This document shows, in pieces, positions 1 through 9,380 of a DNA stretch of 64,000 nt (position 1 is the stretch's first letter; each line of letters opens with the position of its first letter). The stretch is from Candidatus Binatia bacterium (GTDB lineage Bacteria > Desulfobacterota > Binatia > Bin18). Location: positions 960,001 to 1,024,000 of the forward strand of contig OY761159.2 of NCBI GenBank assembly GCA_963664395.2, given 5' to 3'. A program made the position numbers and the translations under genes. Below the pieces are notes generated by a model, which worked only from the letters and a program-made list of their open reading frames with translations, was not told where the DNA came from and ran no database searches.

Positions 1-572
1 TGGCCGCACAAGCCGGTTCCGCAGCCCAGGTCAAGAATAGAGACTTTTTCCTGGCAGTGCCGCTGCACTGCCGCCCGGATAAGCTGCGGACACTGGTAGT
101 GCAGACTGCTGACTAGCTTCTGATCGTATGAGGCCGCGTAGGTGTCGTAGAAGCGTGTAATATAGGCTGGTGCCGGTCGTTCCGGGACCGCTTCTGCGCC
201 CGTATAGGCGAGCAGCATCCTGGCCCCCATGTGATCCTCCGGCACCAGGCGCAGATAGTGGCGCAGGTGCAGCGTAGCCCGTTGCAAATCATTGCCCGAG
301 ATGAAGAGCCGACTGAGATAGGCGTGGGCAACAGGCTCATCGGGTTGGATGGCCAAGACGCGCTGAAAGCTCCGGATGGCTTCCGGGTCGCGGCCTGTTT
401 TCATCAAAGCCAGGGCCAATTCGAGATAGGTGCGGAGGATAGCCGATATGAGGTCTGCGGCCCCTGGAGTCTGCGGGTCCTCTTGGAGTGCCTGCACGTA
501 GAGTCCGAGGGCTTGGTCCAACTGACCGTTGATATGATGTTCGATTGCCTGGTCGATACTGCTCGCAGCCAT
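1..572 (-). CDS. TPR-repeat SAM-dependent methyltransferase (partial, runs off window start)
   Basis: Not in the ORF track. Manual translation from ATG at 572 gives MAASSIDQAIEHH...EAIRSFQRVLAIQPD (TPR-like)...FYDTYAASYDQKLV..LHYQCP...ILDLGCGTGLCG (SAM-binding motif I). Confidence 0.85.
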   Translation of the reverse strand, partial: MAASSIDQAIEHHINGQLDQALGLYVQALQEDPQTPGAADLISAILRTYLELALALMKTGRDPEAIRSFQRVLAIQPDEPVAHAYLSRLFISGNDLQRATLHLRHYLRLVPEDHMGARMLLAYTGAEAVPERPAPAYITRFYDTYAASYDQKLVSSLHYQCPQLIRAAVQRHCQEKVSILDLGCGTGLCG

Positions 573-633
573 GCATTACTCCGAGTGGATAAGAAGGCAG
601 GACGTTATCGAAGGTCTTCCTTGCGAGACCGAC

Positions 634-936
634 TCAGGCAACAGCCCTGAAGGGGCGTATTTCTCGGGCGATTTGGTCGCCAATTTCGTCCTCAGCTACA
701 TCCATGTCGTACCGACTCTGAAGGTTCAACCAGTAACGTGGACTTTGCTTGAAGTAGCGTCCCAAGCGTAAGGCGAGTTCTGCCGTCACCGGTCGTTTCC
801 CGTGGACAAGATAGTTAATCCGCATTGCGGGTACCCCGATATCTCGCGCAAGGCGGTATTGAGTCAGGCCGACCTCGTCCAATAGTTCTTTGAGGTAGAC
901 ACCCGGATGTATCGGGTCGAGACGTGCTTTGGCCAT
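634..936 (-). CDS. higA: HigA family antitoxin (HTH)
   Basis: PIHPGVYLKE...TQYRLARDIGV...RPVTAELALRLGRYF..SPRYWLNLQSRYD is the HigA/VapI signature. Confidence 0.93.
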   Translation of the reverse strand: MAKARLDPIHPGVYLKELLDEVGLTQYRLARDIGVPAMRINYLVHGKRPVTAELALRLGRYFKQSPRYWLNLQSRYDMDVAEDEIGDQIAREIRPFRAVA

Positions 937-945
937 GTTGCCTCC

Positions 946-1143
946 TCAGTGGTAATCCACGATTTCAACGTGCTCAGCATGTCCAGCGTGCCATACAAAG
1001 CAGATGCGCCATTGGGCATTAATACAAACGCTGTGTTGCCCTTTTCGGTTCCCTTTCAAGGCTTCTAGTCGATTCGAAGGGGGAAGACGTAAGTCCTCCA
1101 GGCTGAGGGCGGCATCGATTGCGTTGAGTTTCGCAACGTGCAA
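946..1143 (-). pseudogene. higB: HigB (RelE-like) toxin, 5'-truncated
   Basis: DLRLPPSNRLEALKGNRKGQHSVCINAQWRICFVW...EIVDYH is the HigB C-terminal part. The N-terminal ~30 aa are missing and there is an in-frame TGA just upstream (1188-1186). Confidence 0.8.
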
Positions 1144-1179
1144 GGCCCCTGACTCGCTTCGCTCGTAGGGAATTGCCGT
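1136..1179. repeat. Imperfect hairpin at the higB truncation point
   Basis: acgtgcaaggcccctgactcgcttcgctcgtagggaattgccgt folds with bulged bases and lies between the HNH-DGQH gene stop and the higB remnant. Confidence 0.45.
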
Positions 1180-1190
1180 GCGGTATCATC

Positions 1191-2704
1191 CTACTCACCG
1201 GCGCCCAGCAGATATCCTGTAGTAAGGCCCTTATCCTTGAACCACTGCTTTAACGTGCTTTTATTTCCAGCGAGGGAGTTATCAATGTCACTGTTTGCTG
1301 GGGCGGACCACATTTGCCACTCAAGCAAGCGTAAGACGATAGCCTTGATCTTCTGAAAGTCTGTATCGGATAACTCCCTATAGAAGGGCATCTCACGGTC
1401 GTCGGCGTCTTCCAGTTCTATCTTGGCACAAACGGCGTCCCGCAGAAGTTCGGCCCAAGCCATGATTGACTTCGATGAGAAGACACGATTTAGCTTGACC
1501 TGACTGGTGTCATCGCGGGATGCCGGATTCCAGTTTGTAAGGCCTAACTCCCACAGTATGTTTAGAAGTCGAATATTGTTCTCGAATTCGTACTCTCGTT
1601 TGTACGCATCGGAAGCCATGTCGTCATCGACAGGATTAGTGTATAGAAAGCACTTAAACAGGGACTTGGATAGCATATCAACGGTCAATGGTTGGCTACT
1701 TGAGCTTCTATTGCTTGTAGAGACAAATTTTCGAGCCTCATTCTTCTCGTCTTCAAGGATTGAGTTGTACAGATAGCTCCTGAACCGCTTGTTACGCTCC
1801 GCGCGAGTTAATTCAGCCGCATGAACCGCCTCTAGATATCGAAGGAAGCCACTCTCGCTTTTCGATTGCTCGTCCTCGATCCGTCTGTACTCTTCGAAGT
1901 CCTTGCCGAATTGACTGCCCAGCTTCAAAATCATCACCGAAGAGAAGAACCGTGTCTGTGCAAACTTGTCGTGAGCGGCAATGTTCGTCTGGTTCAGCAA
2001 CCGAACCTCTGGGTCCAAGTATATCTTGCAGTCAATCTCCTCTCGACCATTCCAAAGCAACGCAGCCGTCTTGTGCTGACCATCGAAGAGCAGTATTCGC
2101 GTTCCGTTGAATCGGCCAAGGGACGGCTGTAGCACAGGATATATTTGGAAGTGTCGGTAGAGTTCGAAAACCTTATCGAAGATCAGAAAGCGGGGTTGCA
2201 GGCCAAACTGATGCCCCTCATCATCGTCGCTATTGATGAGCGATATCGGTAGGGTCGCATAGAGAAATACTGCCACCCGGTCTGTTCGCACGTGTGTAGC
2301 GGATGTGAGGATTTGTGGTTATAGGACTCGATCATGATTTGGCCGTCTGATTGTTCGACATTGACAGCCTGGCCGAAGACTTCGATATCTTTTCGTTCCT
2401 TTAGGTGCTTAAGCAGGTCTTGCAGAGTAAGTCGGTCGCCATGCCGGAAGAAATCCTCCAGATGTAGCTTCGTACGGAAATCCTTCAGAGGAAGGGTGCC
2501 TTTCGCCTTGTTATGCTGTTCGCACATAGGCGCAATGTTGTCGAGTTCACTAGGACCCCCACGCGAGAAGGCCACGATATGGTCGAAGTGTATTGCTTCC
2601 GACTCAGGAATAGTATGACCTGTTGCAAAGCACTTCCGTCCATGCCGACTTAGGATAATCTTCTTCTCATCGTCGCCAATCTGACGCTTGAGCGTTATCG
2701 CCAT
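1191..2704 (-). CDS. HNH endonuclease + DGQH(R/K) ParB/DndB-like domain protein, split by a 2-nt frameshift (~503 aa if repaired)
   Basis: N-part (ATG 2704): CFATGH...IHFDHIVAFSRGG..ELDNIAPMCEQHNKAKG (HNH). C-part: ILLFDGQHKTAALL. The frames join at ~2260-2266 (TAT TTC [TC] TAT GCG, giving GWQYFYATLP). Visibly AT-richer than its neighbours. Confidence 0.75.
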
Positions 2705-2897
2705 CTTTTGTCTCCTATGCTTAGAATAACTGCATTTATATCCCGTCGTACTGTATACTCCTAGGCCACTACAATTCGGTACGTGAGTATAGGTCATCAT
2801 CAAGCTTACGTATCGATGGCTGGGCAACTCATAACGGCTGGACCTCTGCCCGCTATCCCGATATGCATGCGGCATTATGCTCGAAGAGGAGAATCGA

Positions 2898-3956
2898 ATG
2901 GATTTTGGGGTGACCTTTCCGGCGCGTGTCGGCGATTTTGAACTGGTCGAACTGGCCGAGCGGCTGGGCTATAGCCAAGCCTGGTTTTATGATTCGCAGA
3001 TGATCTATTCGGACGTCTATGCGACTATGGCCCTGGCCGCGCATAAGACCTCCACGATTCGACTCGGAACCGGGGTGGCCGTGCCGACTACGCGCTTGGC
3101 CCCGACAATCGCGCATTCGATTGCGACTATCAACCAACTCGCTCCTGGCCGGGTTGAATTAGGAGTAGGCACCGGAAACACCGCCCGACTGACGATGGGC
3201 CTGCGACCTATCACGCTAACGCGCATGAAAAAGGAAGTGCGCTTGATCCAGACCCTGCTGGCCGGTGAGACGGGAACGTTACAGGAAGAGGGCGAAGCGC
3301 ATGCTGTTCGTTTTCTGCATCCGCACCGAAGTTATATCAACCTCAAAGATCACGTCACGGTCAGCATCTCTGCCTTGGGTCCAAAGACCTTGGAGTACTG
3401 TGGCTCGGAATCGGACGGCCATATCACCTGGGGCATAGACCCGGAGGGTATGCGGGCGGCACGTACAATTATTGATGAAGCTGCCCACAAGCGTGGGAAA
3501 ACGCCCGGCGACGTTCCCTCAAAATGTTTCTTCCCAACCGCGGTGCTCTCTCCTGGTGAAACAACCGCAACACCGCGCATCATGAGCCTCGTTGCCCCGT
3601 TCATCATGAATTTCCTGCATGTCCAGGTCGAGTGGGGAACCGCCCTGCTGCCGCCCATTCCGGCAGTAGCCGAGTGGGTCGAGCGGTATAAAAAATATGC
3701 CGCGGGGCTGCCCGCGGACACACGTCATCTCACGCTGCACGAAGGTCATATCATTTATCCGCGCGAGGATGAGAAAGAATTTATCGTTCCGGAGCTCGCC
3801 GACGTGGTTGCCATCATTGGCCAGCCGGACGAGATTATTGCGCGCATCCACGCCCTCGAAGATGCCGGTCTGCCGCATTTTGCCTTTCAGGTCATGGACG
3901 ACGACCCGGTCCGGCAAATGACCGACTTTGCCGAAAAGGTGATGGCCAAGTACTAA
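2898..3956 (+). CDS. LLM class flavin/F420-dependent oxidoreductase
   Basis: AERLGYSQAWFYDSQ...IRLGTGVAVPTTR...GRVELGVGTG; GAGGAG RBS before ATG 2898. Confidence 0.9.
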   Translation: MDFGVTFPARVGDFELVELAERLGYSQAWFYDSQMIYSDVYATMALAAHKTSTIRLGTGVAVPTTRLAPTIAHSIATINQLAPGRVELGVGTGNTARLTMGLRPITLTRMKKEVRLIQTLLAGETGTLQEEGEAHAVRFLHPHRSYINLKDHVTVSISALGPKTLEYCGSESDGHITWGIDPEGMRAARTIIDEAAHKRGKTPGDVPSKCFFPTAVLSPGETTATPRIMSLVAPFIMNFLHVQVEWGTALLPPIPAVAEWVERYKKYAAGLPADTRHLTLHEGHIIYPREDEKEFIVPELADVVAIIGQPDEIIARIHALEDAGLPHFAFQVMDDDPVRQMTDFAEKVMAKY

Positions 3957-3988
3957 AAAGAGAGCGTGTAGCTGGCCTCTCTATTAAT

Positions 3989-4457
<469 letters not shown>

Positions 4458-4506
4458 CTAACATTGCTACGATGAGGATATTCCAGGCCAAAAGAGGAGG
4501 GATGGT

Positions 4507-4923
4507 ATGGCTTCGTTCATGGGATCGTTCGGGGGGCAGACGTATGCGCTTATGCGTATCGTCTTTGGATTTACGTTTCTCTGCCACGGAACACAAAAGC
4601 TGTTGGGATTTCCCTTGCCGCCGCCGGAAGCACCCGCGTTTATCATCTATGGCGCGGGGACTATTGAGTTGGTCGGCGGGGCACTGGTGATGATCGGGCT
4701 GATGACCGGTTGGGCAGCCTTTGTGTGTAGTGGCCTTATGGCAGCCGCCTATTGGATGGCCCACGGCATGAATGCGCTTCTGCCGATTCAGAATCAGGGC
4801 GAGCTGGCAGTTGTGTACTGTTTTGTCTTTTTGTTTATCTCCGCGCATGGTGCCGGCATGTGGAGTGTCGATGCCGGGCGGAGCAGTGCCGTGTCTACGG
4901 AACCGTCGGTCGATTCGGCCTGA
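4507..4923 (+). CDS. DoxX family membrane protein
   Basis: LMRIVFGFTFLCHGTQKLLGFP...AGTIELVGG..AAFVCSGLMAAAY...NQGELAVVYCF..GAGMWSVD; GAGGAGG RBS. Confidence 0.9.
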   Translation: MASFMGSFGGQTYALMRIVFGFTFLCHGTQKLLGFPLPPPEAPAFIIYGAGTIELVGGALVMIGLMTGWAAFVCSGLMAAAYWMAHGMNALLPIQNQGELAVVYCFVFLFISAHGAGMWSVDAGRSSAVSTEPSVDSA

Positions 4924-4996
4924 TCCTTGGCGACCTGAACATCCCTGGGATTGCGGCCAGATTTCTTATTCTGGCCGCCGCCTGCTTTTAGTTTTT

Positions 4997-5019
4997 GCGG
5001 GCTGGAAGCCCGCACTCCC
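4997..5019. repeat. REP-like palindrome
   Basis: gcgggctggaagcccgcactccc hairpin in an intergenic region. Confidence 0.5.
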
Positions 5020-5148
5020 AGACCGGGGCTGTCCCTGCAAGAGGGGAGTCGCCCAGGGCAGGCCGGACTCTACCCGAGTCCGATGATTCCTGGTAAATTA
5101 ATCGGCCTGAAATCGTCACCCTGCGAACAGAAATTGGAGTGTATTGTT

Positions 5149-5691
5149 ATGGCTGAGCTGACTGAATCCGACGTTGCCTATGCGTCGCATGTACAAGTTG
5201 CTGAGAATCGTTTTCGAGAACGCTACGGACTCGACTTTGAGGACTTCCGGGTCGGACAGGTTTTCAAACATCGGCCCGGTTTGACTATTACCCAACAGGA
5301 CAACCTCGAAGAATCGTTCGATACGCTCAACCAGGCCATGATCCATTTTGATGCCCACTACGCCTCCAAGACCGAGTGGAAAAAACCTCTGGTCGTCAGC
5401 ACGCTGACCCTGCAACGCCTGATTGGCATGACCTGGAAAACGTTTTTCAAGAAAACGCGCATCCTTGGCTGGTCGGCGCTCAATATGACGGCTCCGGTCT
5501 TTGGTGGAGACACGCTCTATGCCGAGACGGAGATTACCGCCAAGGAGGACGTTGAGGGCGATGCCGCGTGTGGCAAGCTCACGGTCGAAACCAGAGGGAT
5601 GAACCAGGATGGGAAGCTCGTGTGTACCATGGGCTACGATATGCTGGTGTATAAACGTGACGCTGTGCCATTTGCAGACGCAAATTACTAG
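5149..5691 (+). CDS. MaoC family dehydratase
   Basis: GLDFEDFRVGQVFKHRPGLTITQQDN...IHFDAHYA...APVFGGDTLYAETE; GGAG RBS before ATG 5149. Confidence 0.85.
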   Translation: MAELTESDVAYASHVQVAENRFRERYGLDFEDFRVGQVFKHRPGLTITQQDNLEESFDTLNQAMIHFDAHYASKTEWKKPLVVSTLTLQRLIGMTWKTFFKKTRILGWSALNMTAPVFGGDTLYAETEITAKEDVEGDAACGKLTVETRGMNQDGKLVCTMGYDMLVYKRDAVPFADANY

Positions 5692-5708
5692 ACCGAAGGT
5701 AAACCACC

Positions 5709-6230
5709 ATGAGTCAGTTTCATTCGCACCGAAAACTTGAAGACAATGTTTTTATGGAGATCGCGGGCATCGAGTTTGAAGACTTTGCAGTCGGCCAAAT
5801 CTTTGAACACCGACCGGGACGAACGTTTACGGCTGAGGAAAATCGGCAACACACCTTTCGATCGGCCGACCTCTCAGCCCGTACCGCCGACGCGGTGTAT
5901 AATCACAAGGTCTATGGCGGCGAAAACGTAATCAGCGAAACCCTGGTGCTGAGTGCGGTCACCGCCATGACAACGAAAACGTTTAATAAGGTCGTGGCCA
6001 ACCTCGGCTGGACAGATGTCAAACTGCCGACTCCGGTGAAAGCCGGTGATACGATCTATGCCGAGTCCGAACTGCTCGACAAACGGGAATCGCGCTCCCG
6101 CCCGGCTCAGGCCGTTCTGCACGTCCGGACCAGGGCGGTCAATCAAGACAGTCAGGAAGTCTGCTCGTTCGAGCGGAAACTCCTGATCTATAAACGCGGT
6201 CTGGGACCGTACGAAGACGCAGGCTATTAG
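5709..6230 (+). CDS. MaoC family dehydratase (paralog lacking the His of the hydratase motif)
   Basis: FEDFAVGQIFEHRPGRTFT...VANLGWTDVKLPTPVKAGDTIYAESE. Confidence 0.85.
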   Translation: MSQFHSHRKLEDNVFMEIAGIEFEDFAVGQIFEHRPGRTFTAEENRQHTFRSADLSARTADAVYNHKVYGGENVISETLVLSAVTAMTTKTFNKVVANLGWTDVKLPTPVKAGDTIYAESELLDKRESRSRPAQAVLHVRTRAVNQDSQEVCSFERKLLIYKRGLGPYEDAGY

Positions 6231-6246
6231 GAAGAGGTGTCCCCAC

Positions 6247-6654
6247 ATGAATACCCTTGAAGAAGGCAAAGCGCTCAGCCTCGATTTTAAGAAGTTGCGC
6301 AAGGTCGCCGAAACCGACCAGGATGTCATCCCGGTCGTCTTGCAACACGCCGAGAATGGCGAGGTGCTGTTTATCGGCTATGCGAATGACCTGGCACTCC
6401 GGGAGACGTTCTCAACCCGACAGGCTGTGTTGTGGTCCACCTCGCGCAACGAGTTATGGCGCAAGGGCGCCACCTCGGGCGATGTGCTTGATCTGATCGA
6501 CGTCCGCGTCAACTGTGAACAGAATTCCGTGCTGTACCGCGTCATCCCCCGTAAAGGCGGCGTGTGTCATACCAAAGACGCCACCGGTCAGGCCCGCCAG
6601 ACGTGTTATTACCGCTCTACCACAGCCATGGACCGGGAGCTCGAATTCGTTTGA
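6247..6654 (+). CDS. hisI: Phosphoribosyl-AMP cyclohydrolase (variant motif)
   Basis: IPVVLQHAENGEVLFIGYAN...WSTSRNELWRKGATSG...NCEQN...CHT...TCYYR. Confidence 0.8.
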   Translation: MNTLEEGKALSLDFKKLRKVAETDQDVIPVVLQHAENGEVLFIGYANDLALRETFSTRQAVLWSTSRNELWRKGATSGDVLDLIDVRVNCEQNSVLYRVIPRKGGVCHTKDATGQARQTCYYRSTTAMDRELEFV

Positions 6655-6682
6655 TCCCCTTTGACCTGGAAGGAGCGAACGC

Positions 6683-7534
6683 ATGAAACTTGGCATTTTC
6701 AGTTTTAATACCGAATACACCATGCCGGCGGCAGAGTTGGCGGTCGCCTGCGAGGAGCGCGGATTTGAGTCCCTGTGGGTGCCCGAACACACCCATATTC
6801 CGGCCAGCCGGGAAACCCCCTGGCCGGCCGGCGGCCCGCTGCCCAAAGAATATATTCACATGTCCGACCCGTTCTCGAGTCTGGCCGCGGCTGCGGCCGT
6901 GACCGAGAAAATCCTGTTGGGTACTGGCGTCTCGCTGGTCATCGAGCACGAGCCCTTGTACCAGGCCAAGCAGGTGGCAACCCTGGACCGCATCTCCAAC
7001 GGTCGCTTCCTGTTCGGCGTGGGTGCCGGCTGGATTCGGGAAGAGATGCAGAACCACGGCACACCACCCAACCGGCGCTGGCAGGTCTTCAAAGAGCATA
7101 TCGAGGCTATGAAAGCCCTGTGGACTCAAGAAGAAGCCTCCTACCACGGTGAGTTCGTGAACTTCGACCGGGTCTGGTCCTACCCCAAGCCGCTGACCGT
7201 ACCGCATCCGCCCATCATTCTGGGCAGCATGAGCTCCAAGCTGGGCCGGCAGCGCGTAGCCGATCACTGCGACGGTTGGCTGCCCATCGAGACCCTGATT
7301 GACGACTGGCCGGCCGCCCTGGCCGATCTGAACGAACGTGCAGAAAAAGCCGGGCGCGCTCCGGGCTCCATTCCCATCTCGTTCTTCTGCATCGACACCC
7401 CGGACGAGCAACGCCTGGGGCGCTACCGGGATATGGGAGCCGTCCGCACCGCAGTGCGCATTCCGACCGAAGGCCGCGAGGTCATTCTGCCCTTCCTGGA
7501 CAAGTATGCCGAGATTGCGCAGCGCTTGGTGTGA
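6683..7534 (+). CDS. LLM class F420-dependent oxidoreductase (Rv2161c-like)
   Basis: EERGFESLWVPEHTHIP...DPFSSLAAAAAVTEKILLGTGV...GRFLFGVGAGW. Confidence 0.9.
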   Translation: MKLGIFSFNTEYTMPAAELAVACEERGFESLWVPEHTHIPASRETPWPAGGPLPKEYIHMSDPFSSLAAAAAVTEKILLGTGVSLVIEHEPLYQAKQVATLDRISNGRFLFGVGAGWIREEMQNHGTPPNRRWQVFKEHIEAMKALWTQEEASYHGEFVNFDRVWSYPKPLTVPHPPIILGSMSSKLGRQRVADHCDGWLPIETLIDDWPAALADLNERAEKAGRAPGSIPISFFCIDTPDEQRLGRYRDMGAVRTAVRIPTEGREVILPFLDKYAEIAQRLV

Positions 7535-7651
7535 GATAGGCTGATCCTCTAGGATAAGAGTCCCAAAACTCTTGCCGCAGCGGACCGTGTAGGTTAGAAA
7601 TGACACAGTCAAGTTTCAACTCGTAACACAGAAAAACGGAGGGAGTGCATA

Positions 7652-8809
7652 ATGGCGGCAAACGGAAAGTTTCCCTATAGCGGGACGGTTGATGCCGACG
7701 GACATATCCTTGAGCCACCTGATACCTGGGAGAAGTATATTGATCCAAAATATAAAGATCGGACCATCCGCCTGCGCACAAATGAAGACGGGCTCGAGGT
7801 CTTGGAACTGAACGGACGGCCCGCGAAGTATTCCCAGCCGGGGCAACTGGCCCAATTCGGTGCCATGGGAAAAAAGTCAGAAGCAGAAACCGCGCCCCAT
7901 CCGGACCGCACCTATGTTGGCGAAGCGCCCTTCGGCTCCATGTACCCAAAAGAGCGGCTGGCACGTATGGATCAAGAGGGTTTGGATAAGGTTATTATCT
8001 ATCCGAGTATCGGCCTCTTGTGGGAAACGGAAGAGGTTGAGGGCCTTGATTTGCAGGCGGCGTACGCCCAGGCGTATAACCGCTGGGTGGTTGATTTCTG
8101 TTCCGATTCCGATGGACGGCTGATTCCGATTGCCCATATCTCCATGGGGGACGGGAACGTGGCGGCTCAGGAATTGGAGCGGGCGGTGAAAGCCGGAGCC
8201 AAAGGCGCGTTCTTCGTGCCGTTTACGCCAACCAATAAATCTCACGCCCACCCGGACTACGATCCGTTCTGGGCCAAGGCCCAGGAGTTGGACGTCCCGG
8301 TCGGCATTCATCCGAGTGGCGAGCCACCGGCCAAGCGGGTCCACCAGCGTTTTAAGGATATGCAGAAATGGGCGCTGTGGCACTTCAACGTGCACGGCGC
8401 GCAGGGGCCGCTCCAGGCGTTTACGGCGATGTTCCAGTATGGCTTGTTTGAGCGTTTTCCCAAGATCAAAGTGGTAGTGCTGGAATCGGGCGCGGGCTGG
8501 GCCGGCTATCTGCTCAACCGCATGGATGCCGTGTTCGACAGTCCGCTGGGCGATACCGTCCGGCTCAAAGAAAAACCGAGCTACTACTTCCATCGCAACT
8601 GCTGGATTTCCGGTGACCCGGACGAAAAAGCCTTCGGGCATGTGGTAGACTTTGTCGGCGCAGACAAATTCTTCTGGGCGTCAGACTTCCCGCATCCCGA
8701 CCACCCTGACAACTATATGGCCGAGCTGGCCGAACTCGTTGAGCCCATGTCTGACTCAACCCGGCAGAAGGTGATCGGCGAGAACGCGGCACGGGTGTAC
8801 GGATTATAG
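7652..8809 (+). CDS. Amidohydrolase family protein (Amidohydro_2)
   Basis: VDADGHILEP...ERFPKIKVVVLESGAGW...WASDFPHPD. Confidence 0.9.
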   Translation: MAANGKFPYSGTVDADGHILEPPDTWEKYIDPKYKDRTIRLRTNEDGLEVLELNGRPAKYSQPGQLAQFGAMGKKSEAETAPHPDRTYVGEAPFGSMYPKERLARMDQEGLDKVIIYPSIGLLWETEEVEGLDLQAAYAQAYNRWVVDFCSDSDGRLIPIAHISMGDGNVAAQELERAVKAGAKGAFFVPFTPTNKSHAHPDYDPFWAKAQELDVPVGIHPSGEPPAKRVHQRFKDMQKWALWHFNVHGAQGPLQAFTAMFQYGLFERFPKIKVVVLESGAGWAGYLLNRMDAVFDSPLGDTVRLKEKPSYYFHRNCWISGDPDEKAFGHVVDFVGADKFFWASDFPHPDHPDNYMAELAELVEPMSDSTRQKVIGENAARVYGL

Positions 8810-8819
8810 GGAGAGGGCC

Positions 8820-9275
8820 ATGAAACTCGACTATCTGTGCGATTATACCGCAACTTTCATCACCCCGATCAGTGTCGGCAAGGGGCCGCTGGGCGAGCGC
8901 ATTGTGGCCGACCTGACCGGTGGTCACTTCGAGGGGCCGCGTATGAAGGGCAAGGTCCGAGCCAGCGGAGCGGACTGGGCCCTGGTCGGACCGGACGGCA
9001 ACCTGCGTCTCGACGTGCGGGCGGTCTTTGAAAGCGACGATGGGGCCGCGATTTATGTCACCTACCGGGCGCGTATGGAAGCCACCGAGGGTATTCGGAA
9101 AGCGCTTGAGGGCGGTGGCTCCACCAATTTCGGAGATAATTATTTTATCTCACAGATCCAGTTTGAGACCGGCGACGAGCGCTATGCCTGGCTCAATAAT
9201 CTGATGGCAGTTGGCGAAGGCAAACTCAAGCCCAACGAGGTGACCTATCGGGTATATGCCGTCGTGCCGGATTAA
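8820..9275 (+). CDS. DUF3237 (UPF0311) family protein
   Basis: GPLGERIVADLTGGHFEGPRMKG..GADW...LDVRA...FETGDERYAWLN. Confidence 0.85.
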   Translation: MKLDYLCDYTATFITPISVGKGPLGERIVADLTGGHFEGPRMKGKVRASGADWALVGPDGNLRLDVRAVFESDDGAAIYVTYRARMEATEGIRKALEGGGSTNFGDNYFISQIQFETGDERYAWLNNLMAVGEGKLKPNEVTYRVYAVVPD

Positions 9276-9298
9276 CTTGTGACCTCCCCACCTCCTAT

Positions 9299-9325
9299 GT
9301 AGGGGCAACCCCCTGTGGTTGCCCT
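9299..9325. repeat. GTAG-type REP palindrome
   Basis: gtaggggcaaccccctgtggttgccct; shares the leader tcctatgtaggggc with the REP at 17494. Confidence 0.65.
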
Positions 9326-9341
9326 CTTCTGGACCCAGTAT

Positions 9342-9380
9342 CCCCCTCACCCCAGCCCTCTCCCCCAAGGGGCGAGGGGG
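9342..9380. repeat. Intergenic palindromic repeat (ccctctccc...ggg.gaggg family)
   Basis: ccccctcacccagccctctcccccaaggggcgaggggg; a related copy lies at ~31493-31519. Confidence 0.55.

Noticed and set aside
1136-1190. Canonical integron attC site
   Set aside because: No RYYYAAC/GTTRRRY pair and no integrase in the window; kept only as a low-confidence hairpin.
2255-2270. Programmed ribosomal frameshift in the HNH-DGQH gene
   Set aside because: No recognised slippery heptamer; a 2-nt TC duplication (mutation or sequencing error) explains it.
6617-7612. Long antisense ORFs (e.g. 6617-7612, 7877-8641, 35007-36041, 51520-52242)
   Set aside because: They are shadows of well-supported genes on the opposite strand, typical of GC-rich DNA, and carry no family motifs.
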